This document shows, piece after piece, positions 1-10,191 of a DNA stretch of 64,000 bases. The notes beneath the pieces are model-generated. The model had not been told where the DNA came from and did not search any database. It saw only the letters and a program-made list of their open reading frames with translations. This DNA is from Alloprevotella sp. (GTDB taxonomy: Bacteria; Bacteroidota; Bacteroidia; Bacteroidales; Bacteroidaceae), in assembly GCA_045630125.1 (NCBI GenBank), contig JAZQSL010000002.1:160914-224913 (forward strand). The letters are read 5' to 3'. Numbering within the stretch: position 1 is the stretch's first letter; the number at the start of each line of letters is the position of its first letter. A program made the translations under genes and the position numbers.

Positions 1-1999
1 CTTTCAAACCGAGTGACACGAAGGTATTGGTCTCCTTCACGCGATACACGAAGTTCGAACGACCTTGGATCATACCTTGGTTGACCAATTTTTGGAAAGG
101 TTCCTCTGAACGAGATACGCCCAAGTCGAACAAGAACTTATTCCAGAAGCGACTATAGATAAGGTGACCCGTAGCATGTTCTGAACCGCCGACATAGAGG
201 TCTACATTCTTCCAATAAGCGCCTGCTTTGTCGCCCACCAACGCCGTGTGGTTGCGAGGATCCATATAGCGGAGGTAATAAGCCGAAGATCCCGCGAAAC
301 CAGGCATAGTGTTGAGTTCAAGAGGGAAGACTGTCTTGTTGTCGATCAAAGCATTTTCTACTACTTCGCGCTTTTCTGTATCCCATGCCCAACGAGTCGC
401 GTTGCCAAGGGGAGGTTCGCCTGTTTCTGTAGGCAGGAACTTGGTCACTTCGGGCAAGCAGAGGGGCAAGCAGTCGGCGGGTACCATTTGTGGCATGCCG
501 TCCTTGTAATACACGGGGAAGGGTTCGCCCCAGTATCTTTGACGTGAGAAAATAGCATCGCGGAGGCGGTAGTTCACCTTCACACGTCCCATGCCCTTTT
601 CGGTGACAAATTTCTTGGTAGCGGCGATAGCTTCCTGCACGGTCAGACCGTTGAGCGAGAAACCGTCGCGAGTTTCCACGCCTGCTACGGGAGAATTTAT
701 CACGATGCCTTCCTTGGCGTCGAAACTTTCTTCCGATACATCAGCACCCTCGATCAGTGGGATGACTGGCAAACCGAAGTGGCGCGCAAAGGCATAGTCG
801 CGCGAATCGTGAGCGGGTACTGCCATAATAGCGCCGGTGCCGTAGCCTGCGAGTACGTAGTCTGAGATCCACACGGGGATTTCCTGTCCGGTGAAAGGAT
901 TTACGGCGTACGAACCCGAGAATACACCAGTCACACGGCGGTCTGCGATACGTTCGCGCTCGGTGCGTTTCTTCGTTGCGTCGAGGTAGGCCTCTACTTC
1001 GGCACGTTGTGCGTCGGTAGTGAGTTGTGCTACCAATTCGCTCTCGGGTGCGAGTACCATAAAGGTTACACCGAAGATGGTATCGGCACGTGTGGTGAAG
1101 ATAGTGAATTCTACGTCGCTATCCTTCACGCGGAATTGCATTTCTGTACCTTCCGAGCGGCCGATCCAGTTGCGTTGTGTTTCCTTGATCGAATCCGACC
1201 AATCCAATGTATTGAGTGAGTCGAGCAATCTGCCGGCATACGCTGATACACGCAGACACCATTGCTTCATCTTCTTTTGTTCCACAGGGTGACCGCCGCG
1301 TTCGCTCACGCCGTCCACTACTTCATCGTTGGCCAATACGGTGCCGAGCACAGGGCACCAGTTTACCATCGTTTCGCCCAGGTAAGCGATGCGATAGTTC
1401 ATCAGGACTTTTTGTTGGTCGAGGTCTGACATCGCGTTCCACTCGTCTGCGGTGAATTGCAGTTCTTCCGAGCAAGCCACGTCGAGTCCTGCTGTACCCT
1501 GTGCGGCGAAGTGTGCCACGAGGTTCTTGATGGGTTGCGCCTTCTGGCAGGTGTTGCAGTAGTAGGAGTTGAACATTTCCTGGAAGGCCCATTGTGTCCA
1601 GTGGTAGTATTCGGCATCGCAAGTGCGGATCTCGCGGCTCCAGTCGAACGAGAAACCTATTTTGTCCAACTGTTCACGATAGCGATTGATATTCGTTTCG
1701 GTAGTGATAGCGGGGTGCTGTCCGGTTTCGATAGCATACTGTTCGGCGGGCAGACCATAGGCATCGTAGCCCATTGGATTGAGTACGTTGAAACCTTGCA
1801 AACGCTTGTAGCGCGCATAGATATCCGAAGCGATATAGCCCAAGGGGTGACCTACGTGAAGTCCTGCTCCAGATGGATAGGGGAACATGTTGAGGACATA
1901 AAACTTTTCCTTTTGTTCGTCAGCCTCAACTTTGTAAGTTTGTTGTTCGGCCCAGATGCGGCGCCACTTTTGCTCAATTTCTCTGAAATTATATTCCAT
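1..1999 (-). CDS. leuS: Leucine--tRNA ligase (3' part runs off the window)
   Basis: Not in the ORF track because it is edge-truncated. Manual translation from the ATG at 1999 gives [12 protein letters not shown], then the HIGH motif [14 protein letters not shown] and, near the edge, [24 protein letters not shown]. Confidence 0.96.
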   Translation of the reverse strand, partial: MEYNFREIEQKWRRIWAEQQTYKVEADEQKEKFYVLNMFPYPSGAGLHVGHPLGYIASDIYARYKRLQGFNVLNPMGYDAYGLPAEQYAIETGQHPAITTETNINRYREQLDKIGFSFDWSREIRTCDAEYYHWTQWAFQEMFNSYYCNTCQKAQPIKNLVAHFAAQGTAGLDVACSEELQFTADEWNAMSDLDQQKVLMNYRIAYLGETMVNWCPVLGTVLANDEVVDGVSERGGHPVEQKKMKQWCLRVSAYAGRLLDSLNTLDWSDSIKETQRNWIGRSEGTEMQFRVKDSDVEFTIFTTRADTIFGVTFMVLAPESELVAQLTTDAQRAEVEAYLDATKKRTERERIADRRVTGVFSGSYAVNPFTGQEIPVWISDYVLAGYGTGAIMAVPAHDSRDYAFARHFGLPVIPLIEGADVSEESFDAKEGIVINSPVAGVETRDGFSLNGLTVQEAIAATKKFVTEKGMGRVKVNYRLRDAIFSRQRYWGEPFPVYYKDGMPQMVPADCLPLCLPEVTKFLPTETGEPPLGNATRWAWDTEKREVVENALIDNKTVFPLELNTMPGFAGSSAYYLRYMDPRNHTALVGDKAGAYWKNVDLYVGGSEHATGHLIYSRFWNKFLFDLGVSRSEEPFQKLVNQGMIQGRSNFVYRVKETNTFVSLGLK

Positions 2000-2041
2000 G
2001 ATATTATGATTTGTTTTCTGGAAGATTGATGTATAATGTGG

Positions 2042-2049
2042 CAAAGTTA
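2042..2049 (-). promoter_or_regulatory. Bacteroidetes sigma-A -7 box (TAACTTTG) for leuS
   Basis: Exact TAnnTTTG match about 45 bp upstream of the ATG. Confidence 0.7.
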
Positions 2050-2168
2050 GTGGATTTTCGCTGAATTTGGGGTGCTCGGAGCAAAAAACTATACATTTTT
2101 TTTGAATTTCTTTCGCTTTTTTGTTTCCCTTTGGGAAAGCCTGATTTTATGGACAATTTAGGGCGCTG

Positions 2169-2256
2169 AAAAAAAACTTAACCTTTTTCAAAAAAACTAA
2201 GACCTTTTTGAAAAAACATTAGACCTTTTTTCAACGAGACGTCGCAAAGTTTTTTT
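2169..2256. repeat. 21-bp-module intergenic array, copy 1 (A-A-A-B)
   Basis: aaaaaaaacttaacctttttc / aaaaaaactaagacctttttg / aaaaaacattagaccttttttc / aacgagacgtcgcaaagtttt. Confidence 0.9.
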
Positions 2257-2319
2257 CACTCCTTTGGGGCTGTTTTTTACCTTTGCTTTTCGGCTGAAAA
2301 GGATACGGCGCGAGACCAC

Positions 2320-2361
2320 AAAAAAAAGATGCCATCGTCCACTTGCGGGCGGTGGTATCTT
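2320..2361 (-). terminator. Intrinsic terminator of the GH20 gene
   Basis: aagatgccatcgtcc...gggcggtggtatctt imperfect stem with an A-run on the left (U-tract on the minus strand). Confidence 0.65.
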
Positions 2362-2381
2362 ATTCTGTTTAGTAAGGGAGA

Positions 2382-5300
2382 TCAAGGATTGACCAGCACC
2401 TTTTTGCCATTAACAATGTATAGACCTTTGGTAGCCTTTCGCACTTTTCTACCCGAGAGATCGTAGATTTCTTCTGGTTCCCCGTTCACTACAACAGGCG
2501 CAATGCCCACGGGAGTAGTGGGTACTTCTACGAAATAAAAGTCGCTGGAGAATGTCGCATTGTAGTAACCTGCGATAGAAGATTGGTCAAAACCCGAAGC
2601 ATTCTTGATGACCAAAAAGTTGGAACCAGCGAATGGTGCCTGCAGGGTGACACAACCTTCATTCACAACCTTTTTGTCGCCAACCGTTGCATCGAGCGTC
2701 CAACCATAGGGAGCGCTGATCAATTCCTTCCAGGCGAAATATTTGCCAGTAGCCACGTTAACAAAATCGTACTTGGTCTTGCCATTGGCTACACACTTCC
2801 AATGATAATTATCCTGGTCAGCTTGACTTTTACCAAAGCCTACCTGACCATTGTTGTCGAAAAAATAGACGTCCCCCGCCATGTGTTTGTTGCAGAAGTA
2901 ATAGGTTTTGCCCGCTACGGGAAAGTGTTCCGAGGGCACTACGACTTCTTCCTCCACCTCAACGGCTTGGATGCTGTACTTACATCCTGTATCGCTCGTG
3001 TTATTACCACTTCCCCAGTTGTAAACCTTCCAGCCCAACTGTCCGTTGTTGGTTTGGTTAAACTGCACACTGCCGCTGGTGATGATGAAGTAACCCACCT
3101 CGTCTGCAGGTGAGAGTTTCCAGCCTGCCGAGGGTGATGTGGTCTGTGTCTTGAGGGCTGTATTGTTGGCGCTGTTTGGTGACACGTAGGTACCATCTGC
3201 TCTGTTCACGATGTCGAGTGCGCCATCCGCGCGTTTTACAAATTTCCACTCTGCAGCAGTGCTTGCCGAGGTCTGACCGACCATATCTGTATTTGCACCG
3301 CCTGATGTTGCGTAGCGGTTGTCACGCAGAGGCGTTGATAGGGTATAAAACACTTCTTCAGCACCTGTGCTCAATTGTGGTTGTTGCAGTGACGCTGTAG
3401 CAAGGAGGGCTTTGAAGGCAGCAAGAGCAGCGTCGAGGTCGGCCAACTGTTGTGCGCGCTTTTCGGCGCTGAGGCTTTCCTGCAAAGTACCTTGAATTTC
3501 TGCCAACTTAGCATCGAGTGCTTCAGCCGTAGTGGTGGGATAAAAGCCCGGCTGATTCTTTACATAACGATTGCGTTCGGCTTTGATTTCCGAGATGCGT
3601 GCCATCACGTTCTCTGCCGCTTCGTCCACACACTTATTGGGCGAGTAGATGAGGCCTTCCACTGCAGCCACGCCATCAAGGTCGGTGAAGACGCAAGTAA
3701 ACATCCACTTGTCCAGACGAGTCGCTGCGTTGACATAAGGCAGCTTCATAAATACGAGGTTCCAGCCTTCATTCAAATTCACAGCGATAGGTTGGCGCGA
3801 GGGGAAGTTTTCGTCCTTCAATGTCACTTCCTTGTTGCTGATGCTCACACCTGTGTTCTTGTATTTAGGAGCAGGGATTTCCTTGCCGTTGAGCCAAATC
3901 TTTGAGCCCATTACGTCCCACTTGCCTGCGGCGGGAGCAGGGTCTTGTTCAGAACGGCTGTAGTTCTGGAATTCGATCTGTGCACCCACGGTCTGAACTT
4001 TTGGCGAGTAGACATAGGTCCATGCGTACGCCGTCTGATTGTATGCCGGCGACTTGTAGTAGGCATTGATGATAGATTGACCCCAAGTGTGACGCAAGTA
4101 GATGCCTGCACCAGTAGCCATACCTGTGCTGTAAGTTTGTCCACCTTCGACGAATTCATCAGGCAACACGTCGTATGTACCTTCCTTCATCATTTTTTCA
4201 GGAGCAAAGGTCGCGTCGACATTACCACCATTAGAGAAGGCGTCAGTAATGCGCCAGCGCACGTTGGTTTGTTTCACGTAGGGGATAGGTTCACCCTTGA
4301 GCGAATGTGCCTTGTGGAAGAGGAAGCGGCTTTCCCAGTTTTGGAAATCCTCAAACTCCTCACCACTCGAAGGCAGCATCACACCACCGCCGAAGTTGGT
4401 ACCGCCATTCGTGCCGTTGTCGATGTAGCGCTTACCGCCACCTTGCCAAGCACGAGATGCTGAAGCGATGACGTTAGCATAGAAGTTGTTTTGCGAGATA
4501 ATATCTTCTTCTGTCTCGAGCTTACGGTCGTTCCACATACCCGAGATGGTACCCGATACAGTCGCATCACCCTTTTCCTTATAATATATTGTACTCTTGT
4601 AGATACCTACCAAGTCAGCAAATACATCAAAGTGGTTGGTATAATTGTAACGGCAGTCTACGTTGAACTTACCGCTCACCGCTGCACCCGAAGTACTCCA
4701 CAATTGGCAAAGTTCTGCATTGGTTTGGTTGCCTGACACGCCGCGAATAGGGTTCCACACCATTGTGCGCATACCCTTGGCTTGAATGTGACCAAGCATT
4801 TCGTTGACGTACGCAGCGGTAGTAGATTGTTCGTCCGCACCGATGTGGATGTAGGGCGCTTTGTCAAATACAGCCACAACTTCGTCCAATACTTTTTTCA
4901 GAATAACCTTTCCTTCCGCACTCTGCATATCTACGCCCATTGCACGGACAAAGGCTTCAGAGTGTCCTGGCATATCAATTTCGGGAATGATGTGCATACC
5001 GCGTTCCCAGGCATATTCTTGCAATTCCTTGCATTGTTCCTGTGTATAGTACTTGCCAGGGAAACGTGTCATAGTGCTGGCAGAAGTCAATTGGGGATAA
5101 GCCTTCACTTCGAAGCGCCAAGCCTGATTTTCGGTCATGTGCCAGTGAAAAGTATTCACCTTGAAGCGAGAGAGCAAGTCCACGTGCTTCTTCAACGTTT
5201 CGAATTCGATGAAAGAACGACCTACGTCGTGCATATAACCACGCAATTTGAATGCGGGCCAGTCTACGATTTCGCCGCACTCAAGGTTGACGCCTGTCGC

Positions 5301-5720
5301 ATCATAACCTTCTGCCAATTGGGTCAGGGTTTGTGCCGCACGGATCACACCGATTTCGCTCGCGGCGGTGATGTGTACACCCGAAGCAGTGACTTTGAGC
5401 ACGTAAGCTTCATCTGCGTAACCAGTCAATTCGTGGTTGTGACTGCCGGGAATGCTTTGTACCATTTCCACAACGACATCACCGCTTTTCGCAGCTGCGT
5501 CGAACTTCACATCGTTCACCCCAAATTCCTGGAAGAAACGAACCAACGCCGAGGACTGACTGACGCCAGCCACAGTCATACTGGAACCTGCAGCATATTT
5601 GAGCACGCCATCAGCCACCGTTACCTTCTGTGGGATAGGCAAGATGTGCTCGCGCTTTGCCTCTACCGCAGTAGACAGCAACAAGCATGCAGCCAAGAGA
5701 GAGAAAAACTTTCTTTTCAT
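2382..5720 (-). CDS. GH20 beta-N-acetylhexosaminidase with accessory beta-domains and T9SS-type C-terminal tail
   Basis: Signal peptide MKRKFFSLLAAC (likely start 5720); GH20 motifs RGYMHDVGRSF, PEIDMPGH and HIGADE; tail IYDLSGRKV...GLYIVNGKKVLV. Confidence 0.9.
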   Translation of the reverse strand: MKRKFFSLLAACLLLSTAVEAKREHILPIPQKVTVADGVLKYAAGSSMTVAGVSQSSALVRFFQEFGVNDVKFDAAAKSGDVVVEMVQSIPGSHNHELTGYADEAYVLKVTASGVHITAASEIGVIRAAQTLTQLAEGYDATGVNLECGEIVDWPAFKLRGYMHDVGRSFIEFETLKKHVDLLSRFKVNTFHWHMTENQAWRFEVKAYPQLTSASTMTRFPGKYYTQEQCKELQEYAWERGMHIIPEIDMPGHSEAFVRAMGVDMQSAEGKVILKKVLDEVVAVFDKAPYIHIGADEQSTTAAYVNEMLGHIQAKGMRTMVWNPIRGVSGNQTNAELCQLWSTSGAAVSGKFNVDCRYNYTNHFDVFADLVGIYKSTIYYKEKGDATVSGTISGMWNDRKLETEEDIISQNNFYANVIASASRAWQGGGKRYIDNGTNGGTNFGGGVMLPSSGEEFEDFQNWESRFLFHKAHSLKGEPIPYVKQTNVRWRITDAFSNGGNVDATFAPEKMMKEGTYDVLPDEFVEGGQTYSTGMATGAGIYLRHTWGQSIINAYYKSPAYNQTAYAWTYVYSPKVQTVGAQIEFQNYSRSEQDPAPAAGKWDVMGSKIWLNGKEIPAPKYKNTGVSISNKEVTLKDENFPSRQPIAVNLNEGWNLVFMKLPYVNAATRLDKWMFTCVFTDLDGVAAVEGLIYSPNKCVDEAAENVMARISEIKAERNRYVKNQPGFYPTTTAEALDAKLAEIQGTLQESLSAEKRAQQLADLDAALAAFKALLATASLQQPQLSTGAEEVFYTLSTPLRDNRYATSGGANTDMVGQTSASTAAEWKFVKRADGALDIVNRADGTYVSPNSANNTALKTQTTSPSAGWKLSPADEVGYFIITSGSVQFNQTNNGQLGWKVYNWGSGNNTSDTGCKYSIQAVEVEEEVVVPSEHFPVAGKTYYFCNKHMAGDVYFFDNNGQVGFGKSQADQDNYHWKCVANGKTKYDFVNVATGKYFAWKELISAPYGWTLDATVGDKKVVNEGCVTLQAPFAGSNFLVIKNASGFDQSSIAGYYNATFSSDFYFVEVPTTPVGIAPVVVNGEPEEIYDLSGRKVRKATKGLYIVNGKKVLVNP

Positions 5721-5793
5721 TTGAATAAAGTTTAATGTATTTAGGTTTGATTTTGTACAAAAATAATCAGGCACAGTCTGCCCATAATCAAGG

Positions 5794-5931
5794 CAAAGAT
5801 AAACAAAAAAAAGATAAAATCGTCTTGCCTCAGTAAAAAAATAAAGAAAGCCTTGATTTCGTAAAAATAGTGTAATATTTCCGCTATAAAAGCCCTAGTT
5901 TCTTTTGTTTAGAAAAAAAGTCGTACCTTTG
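5794..5931. promoter_or_regulatory. Divergent -7 boxes for GH20 (5794-5801, minus) and ychF (5924-5931, plus)
   Basis: TATCTTTG and TACCTTTG matches. Confidence 0.65.
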
Positions 5932-5963
5932 CACCTCAAATATAATAATAAGGAAAGAAAAGT

Positions 5964-7067
5964 ATGAGTTTACAATGTGGAATAGTCGGTTTGCCCAACG
6001 TAGGTAAGTCGACCCTGTTCAACTGCTTGAGCAACGCCAAAGCACAGTCTGCCAACTTCCCCTTCTGTACGATCGAACCCAACGTCGGTGTCATCACCGT
6101 GCCCGACGAACGTTTGTCGGAACTGGCGAAATTGATCAACCCCAACCGTATCGTGCCCACAACTGTCGAAATCGTGGACATCGCAGGTCTGGTGAAGGGT
6201 GCATCAAAGGGCGAAGGCTTGGGCAATCAATTCCTCGGCAACATCCGCGAGACCGACGCGATCATTCACGTATTGAGATGCTTTGACAATGGCAACGTCG
6301 TGCACGTAGACGGTAGCGTGGATCCTGTACGTGACAAGGAAATCATCGACACAGAATTGCAATTGAAGGACCTCGAGACTGTGGAAAATCGTATCACCCG
6401 CGTAGAAAAAATCGCAAAGGTGGGTGGCGACAAAAATGCTAAGATGGAATACGACATTCTCCTAGCTTTCCGCGAAGCATTGCTCCAAGGCAAGTCAGCA
6501 CGTACCGTACAATTTGAATCAAAGGAGGAACAACGTGCAGCACGCAACCTCTTCCTGCTCACATCCAAGCCCGTGCTCTACGTGTGCAACGTGGACGAAG
6601 CATCAGCCGCTACAGGCAACCATTATGTTGAGGCTGTGCGCGCAGCAGTTGAGCCCGAGGGTGCAGAAGTCCTCGTATTGGCTGCACAAACCGAAGCAGA
6701 TATCGCCGAACTCGAAACCTTCGAGGAACGCCAAATGTTCCTGGCTGACGTAGGTCTGGAGGAAAGTGGTTGCAACCGCTTGATCAAGGCGGCATACAAG
6801 ATGTTGAACCTCGAGACCTATATCACTGCGGGTGTACAGGAAGTTCGCGCGTGGACATACTGCCGCGGCTGGAAGGCGCCCCAATGTGCCGGTGTGATTC
6901 ACACAGACTTCGAGCGCGGCTTCATTCGTGCCGAAGTGATCAAGTATGAAGATTATATCCGTCTCGGTAGCGAAGCCGCTGTACGCGAAGCTGGTCTGCT
7001 CAAGGTGGAAGGCAAAGAATATGTAGTGCAAGACGGCGACATCATGCACTTCCGCTTTAATGTATAA
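5964..7067 (+). CDS. ychF: Redox-regulated ATPase YchF (Obg family)
   Basis: GIVGLPNVGKST, NFPFCTIEPN and DIAGLVKGASKGEGLGNQFL motifs; C-terminal TGS domain ending FRFNV. Confidence 0.98.
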   Translation: MSLQCGIVGLPNVGKSTLFNCLSNAKAQSANFPFCTIEPNVGVITVPDERLSELAKLINPNRIVPTTVEIVDIAGLVKGASKGEGLGNQFLGNIRETDAIIHVLRCFDNGNVVHVDGSVDPVRDKEIIDTELQLKDLETVENRITRVEKIAKVGGDKNAKMEYDILLAFREALLQGKSARTVQFESKEEQRAARNLFLLTSKPVLYVCNVDEASAATGNHYVEAVRAAVEPEGAEVLVLAAQTEADIAELETFEERQMFLADVGLEESGCNRLIKAAYKMLNLETYITAGVQEVRAWTYCRGWKAPQCAGVIHTDFERGFIRAEVIKYEDYIRLGSEAAVREAGLLKVEGKEYVVQDGDIMHFRFNV

Positions 7068-7148
7068 TAAATGAGATACGGTTTCTATACTCTCGGTTGT
7101 GGAGTATATAAGCCGTATTGTTTTTTTTAGACTATTAATATTTGGATT

Positions 7149-8012
7149 ATGGTGATTTGGGATCCCTCTGAGGTAGCTTTTTCTCTGGGCGCCTTTGACG
7201 TACGCTGGTACTCGCTGATGTGGTGTGCTGGCCTGGCCGCAGCGTATTATGTTGTCTATGCCTTGTACAAGCGTCAACAGATTCCACAGGAAAAGTTCGA
7301 ACCGCTATTTCTCTACTGCTTTCTGGGTATCTTGATTGGTGCACGTTTGGGCCACTGTCTGCTCTACGAGCCCGCCTATTTCTTGAGTCACCCCCTGGAG
7401 ATGATACTCCCCCTGCGCGAAGTCAATGGCGAATGGCAATTCACAGGCTATGCTGGACTCGCTTCGCATGGTGGTACGGCGGGTCTGATGCTCGCATTGT
7501 GGATGTATGTGCGCAAGGCCAAGTTGCCCCTGATGCACGTGCTCGACAATATAGCCATAGCTACGCCCATCACAGCCGGTTTCATCCGTATGGGCAACCT
7601 GATGAACTCTGAAATTGTCGGCAAATATACGGGCACAGATTGGGGCTTCGTCTTCGCACACAACTGGGACGCCGTCAATCGTTGCCACGAGACGATGCCA
7701 CGTCACCCGGCACAGCTCTACGAAGCCATCGCCTACTTCCTATTCTTTATCGTGGGCATCGTAATCTACCGCAAGTACAGCCAGCGCGTTGGTTCGGGTC
7801 TCTACTTCGGTTGGTGCTTGTTCAGCATCTTCACCTTCCGCTTGTTTGTTGAATATTTCAAGGAAGTGCAAGAGCCCTGGGAGCAAACCATGCGCGCCAT
7901 GATCGGCTTGGACCAAGGCCAGTTGCTCAGTCTGCCCTTTATCGCTATCGGTGGCTACTATTTGTGGAAAGGGATTAAGCACAAAGCCGCTACAAATATT
8001 AGCACAAAATAA
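7149..8012 (+). CDS. lgt: Prolipoprotein diacylglyceryl transferase
   Basis: GARLGHCL, GLASHGG, IRMGNLMNSEIVG and RHPAQLYEA motifs. Confidence 0.96.
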   Translation: MVIWDPSEVAFSLGAFDVRWYSLMWCAGLAAAYYVVYALYKRQQIPQEKFEPLFLYCFLGILIGARLGHCLLYEPAYFLSHPLEMILPLREVNGEWQFTGYAGLASHGGTAGLMLALWMYVRKAKLPLMHVLDNIAIATPITAGFIRMGNLMNSEIVGKYTGTDWGFVFAHNWDAVNRCHETMPRHPAQLYEAIAYFLFFIVGIVIYRKYSQRVGSGLYFGWCLFSIFTFRLFVEYFKEVQEPWEQTMRAMIGLDQGQLLSLPFIAIGGYYLWKGIKHKAATNISTK

Positions 8013-8031
8013 AGGGAGCAAAATCTCCTTT

Positions 8032-8117
8032 TTCACAAACCTAGACCTTTTTAAAATTTCGCGACGTCTCGTTAAAATTTCGCGACGTCTCGTTTAAAAA
8101 AGGTCTAGGTTTTTTTT
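8032..8117. repeat. 21-bp-module array, copy 2 (A-B-B-A)
   Basis: Perfect tandem aaaatttcgcgacgtctcgtt at 8053-8073 and 8074-8094, flanked by the inverted pair aaacctagaccttttt / aaaaaggtctaggttt. Confidence 0.92.
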
Positions 8118-8295
8118 GCGCCGCTTTTTAGCCTATTTTTCAGAGCTTATTACCATAGTTCGAAAATGAGATTTCTGCGCAAAAAGGTAACCTCTGGATT
8201 GCAAAATCATCAACAAAGTACTTTCTTTGTCTTAAAAAGAACTAAAAAAGTAGTAAAATAGACCTGTTTTTAACAATTATCTCACACAAAAGCAG

Positions 8296-8303
8296 TAACT
8301 TTG
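8296..8303 (+). promoter_or_regulatory. -7 box (TAACTTTG) for the TPR lipoprotein gene
   Basis: Exact consensus match. Confidence 0.65.
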
Positions 8304-8375
8304 CGGATAGTTTGGACCACTTCGGACAAATTGGATATTGAACAAAAAATATAAACCCTATAAAATATAAACATT

Positions 8376-10079
8376 ATGAAGCACAGTTCGAAACTGTATC
8401 TCAGTGTAGCACTCGCATCAGGCGTACTGCTTACATCATGTAACAAATTGGGCGAACTCAGCGCCGACAACTTCACTGTAACTCCTTCTCCACTTGAAGC
8501 AGTTGCTGAGAAAGTTCCCGTGACTATTAATGGTCGTTTCCCTGAAAAGTATATGAAGAAAAAGGCTGTAGTGACAGTGACTCCAGTGCTCCGCTATGAA
8601 GGCGGCGAAACTGCTGGTCAACCTGCAACCTTCCAAGGCGAAAAGATTCAAGGCAACGATCAGGAAATCTCGTACAAGGTAGGTGGCAACTATACCATGA
8701 AGAATACTTTCGACTATGTAGACGCGATGGCTACAAGCGAACTCTACCTCACATTTGATGCTAAGGTAGGCAAAAAGGTTGTAGAAGTTCCTGCAGTAAA
8801 AGTAGCAAACGGCGTAGTAGCTACTTCAACGTTGATTAAGAAAACTGCACAAGACGCAAACACAGTGGTAGGTAAAGATGCTTATCAATATGCTATTGCA
8901 CAAAGTCAACAAGCGCAAATCAAATACCTCATCAATCAAGCAAATGTACGTACAAGCGAATTGAAGAGTGTATCAGTGCAAGACCTCGTTAAAGTGCTTC
9001 GTGAAATCAAGAACGACCAAAAGAGCTTCCAAATTGATAATATCGAAGTTTCTGCTTACGCGTCTCCAGAAGGTTCACTCAAATTCAACACTCAATTGGC
9101 TGAAAAGCGTCAAAACTCTTCTGCAGAATTCCTCCAAGGCGAGTTGAAGAATATGGAGCTTGATGCAGATATCAATACTCAGTATACAGCTGAAGACTGG
9201 GACGGCTTCCAAGAACTCTTGATGGCTTCTAATCTCCAAGACAAGGAAGTAATCCTCCGCGTACTCTCAATGTACGAAGATCCCGAAGAACGCGAAGTGC
9301 AAATCCGTAACCTCTCTGCAGGTTTTGAAGAGTTGGCTACAGAAATCTTGCCCGAACTCCGCCGTGCTCGACTCACTGTAAACTACAACCTCATCGGCCG
9401 CAGCGACGACGAAATCCAAGCGCAATATAAGTCTAACGCAAAGGAACTCTCAGTAGAAGAATTGCTCTATGCTGCTACTCTGACTGAAGATGCTAACGAA
9501 AAGAAAGATATCTACGCTACCACAACTAACGTATATCCTGCAGACTATCGCGCATACAACAACCTTGCAACCCTTGCTTTAGCTGAAGGAAGCATTGAAA
9601 ACGCTAAGAACTATCTGAAGCAAGCTGCAAGCAAAAAGGATTGCGCAGAAGTTAACGCTAACCTCGCACTCGTTGCATTGGCAGAAGGTAATGTGAAAGA
9701 TGCCGAAACTTACGTATCACGCGCTACTTCTGCACCAAACTACAACGAATTGGTGGGTAACCTTAATGTAGCTAAGGGTAACTTCGCTGTAGCAGCGCAA
9801 AATCTTGCTGGTACTAAAACAAATAGTGCAGCTCTCGCAGAAATCTTGACAAAGAACTATACTGCAGCAGAAAAGACTTTGGCAAGTGTAAAGAATGCTA
9901 ATGCAATGACAGACTACTTGAAGGCTGTACTTGCTGCTCGCACAAGCAAAAATAATGAAGCCGTGAAGCACTTGGCAAACGCTATCAGCAAAGATGCGTC
10001 TCTCAAGGCTCATGCAGCAAAGAACCTTGACTTTGTGACACTCTTCAACGATTCAGCATTCTTGAACTTAGTGAAGTAA
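8376..10079 (+). CDS. Lipoprotein with OmpA-like central domain and C-terminal TPR repeats
   Basis: Lipobox LLTSC; IEVSAYASPEG (OmpA_C-like); RAYNNLA-type TPR repeats; strongly biased codon usage suggesting high expression. Confidence 0.8.
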   Translation: MKHSSKLYLSVALASGVLLTSCNKLGELSADNFTVTPSPLEAVAEKVPVTINGRFPEKYMKKKAVVTVTPVLRYEGGETAGQPATFQGEKIQGNDQEISYKVGGNYTMKNTFDYVDAMATSELYLTFDAKVGKKVVEVPAVKVANGVVATSTLIKKTAQDANTVVGKDAYQYAIAQSQQAQIKYLINQANVRTSELKSVSVQDLVKVLREIKNDQKSFQIDNIEVSAYASPEGSLKFNTQLAEKRQNSSAEFLQGELKNMELDADINTQYTAEDWDGFQELLMASNLQDKEVILRVLSMYEDPEEREVQIRNLSAGFEELATEILPELRRARLTVNYNLIGRSDDEIQAQYKSNAKELSVEELLYAATLTEDANEKKDIYATTTNVYPADYRAYNNLATLALAEGSIENAKNYLKQAASKKDCAEVNANLALVALAEGNVKDAETYVSRATSAPNYNELVGNLNVAKGNFAVAAQNLAGTKTNSAALAEILTKNYTAAEKTLASVKNANAMTDYLKAVLAARTSKNNEAVKHLANAISKDASLKAHAAKNLDFVTLFNDSAFLNLVK

Positions 10080-10113
10080 TCCAAAGACAGTTTGTTCTTA
10101 ATAATTAGAATAC

Positions 10114-10158
10114 AAAAAACATGAGGGAATGTCAATTCGATATTCCCTCATGTTTTTT
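10114..10158. terminator. Bidirectional intrinsic terminator
   Basis: aaaaaacatgagggaat...attccctcatgtttttt between convergent genes. Confidence 0.9.
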
Positions 10159-10191
10159 TATTTTAGCCTAATGGCGTGTATTAATGGTTGG

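Noticed and set aside
248-2029. Plus-strand and short minus-strand ORFs in the track
   Set aside because: They are shadow frames of leuS. The same applies to other antisense ORFs such as 4782-5735, 21439-22377, 36913-37845 and 59372-60148.
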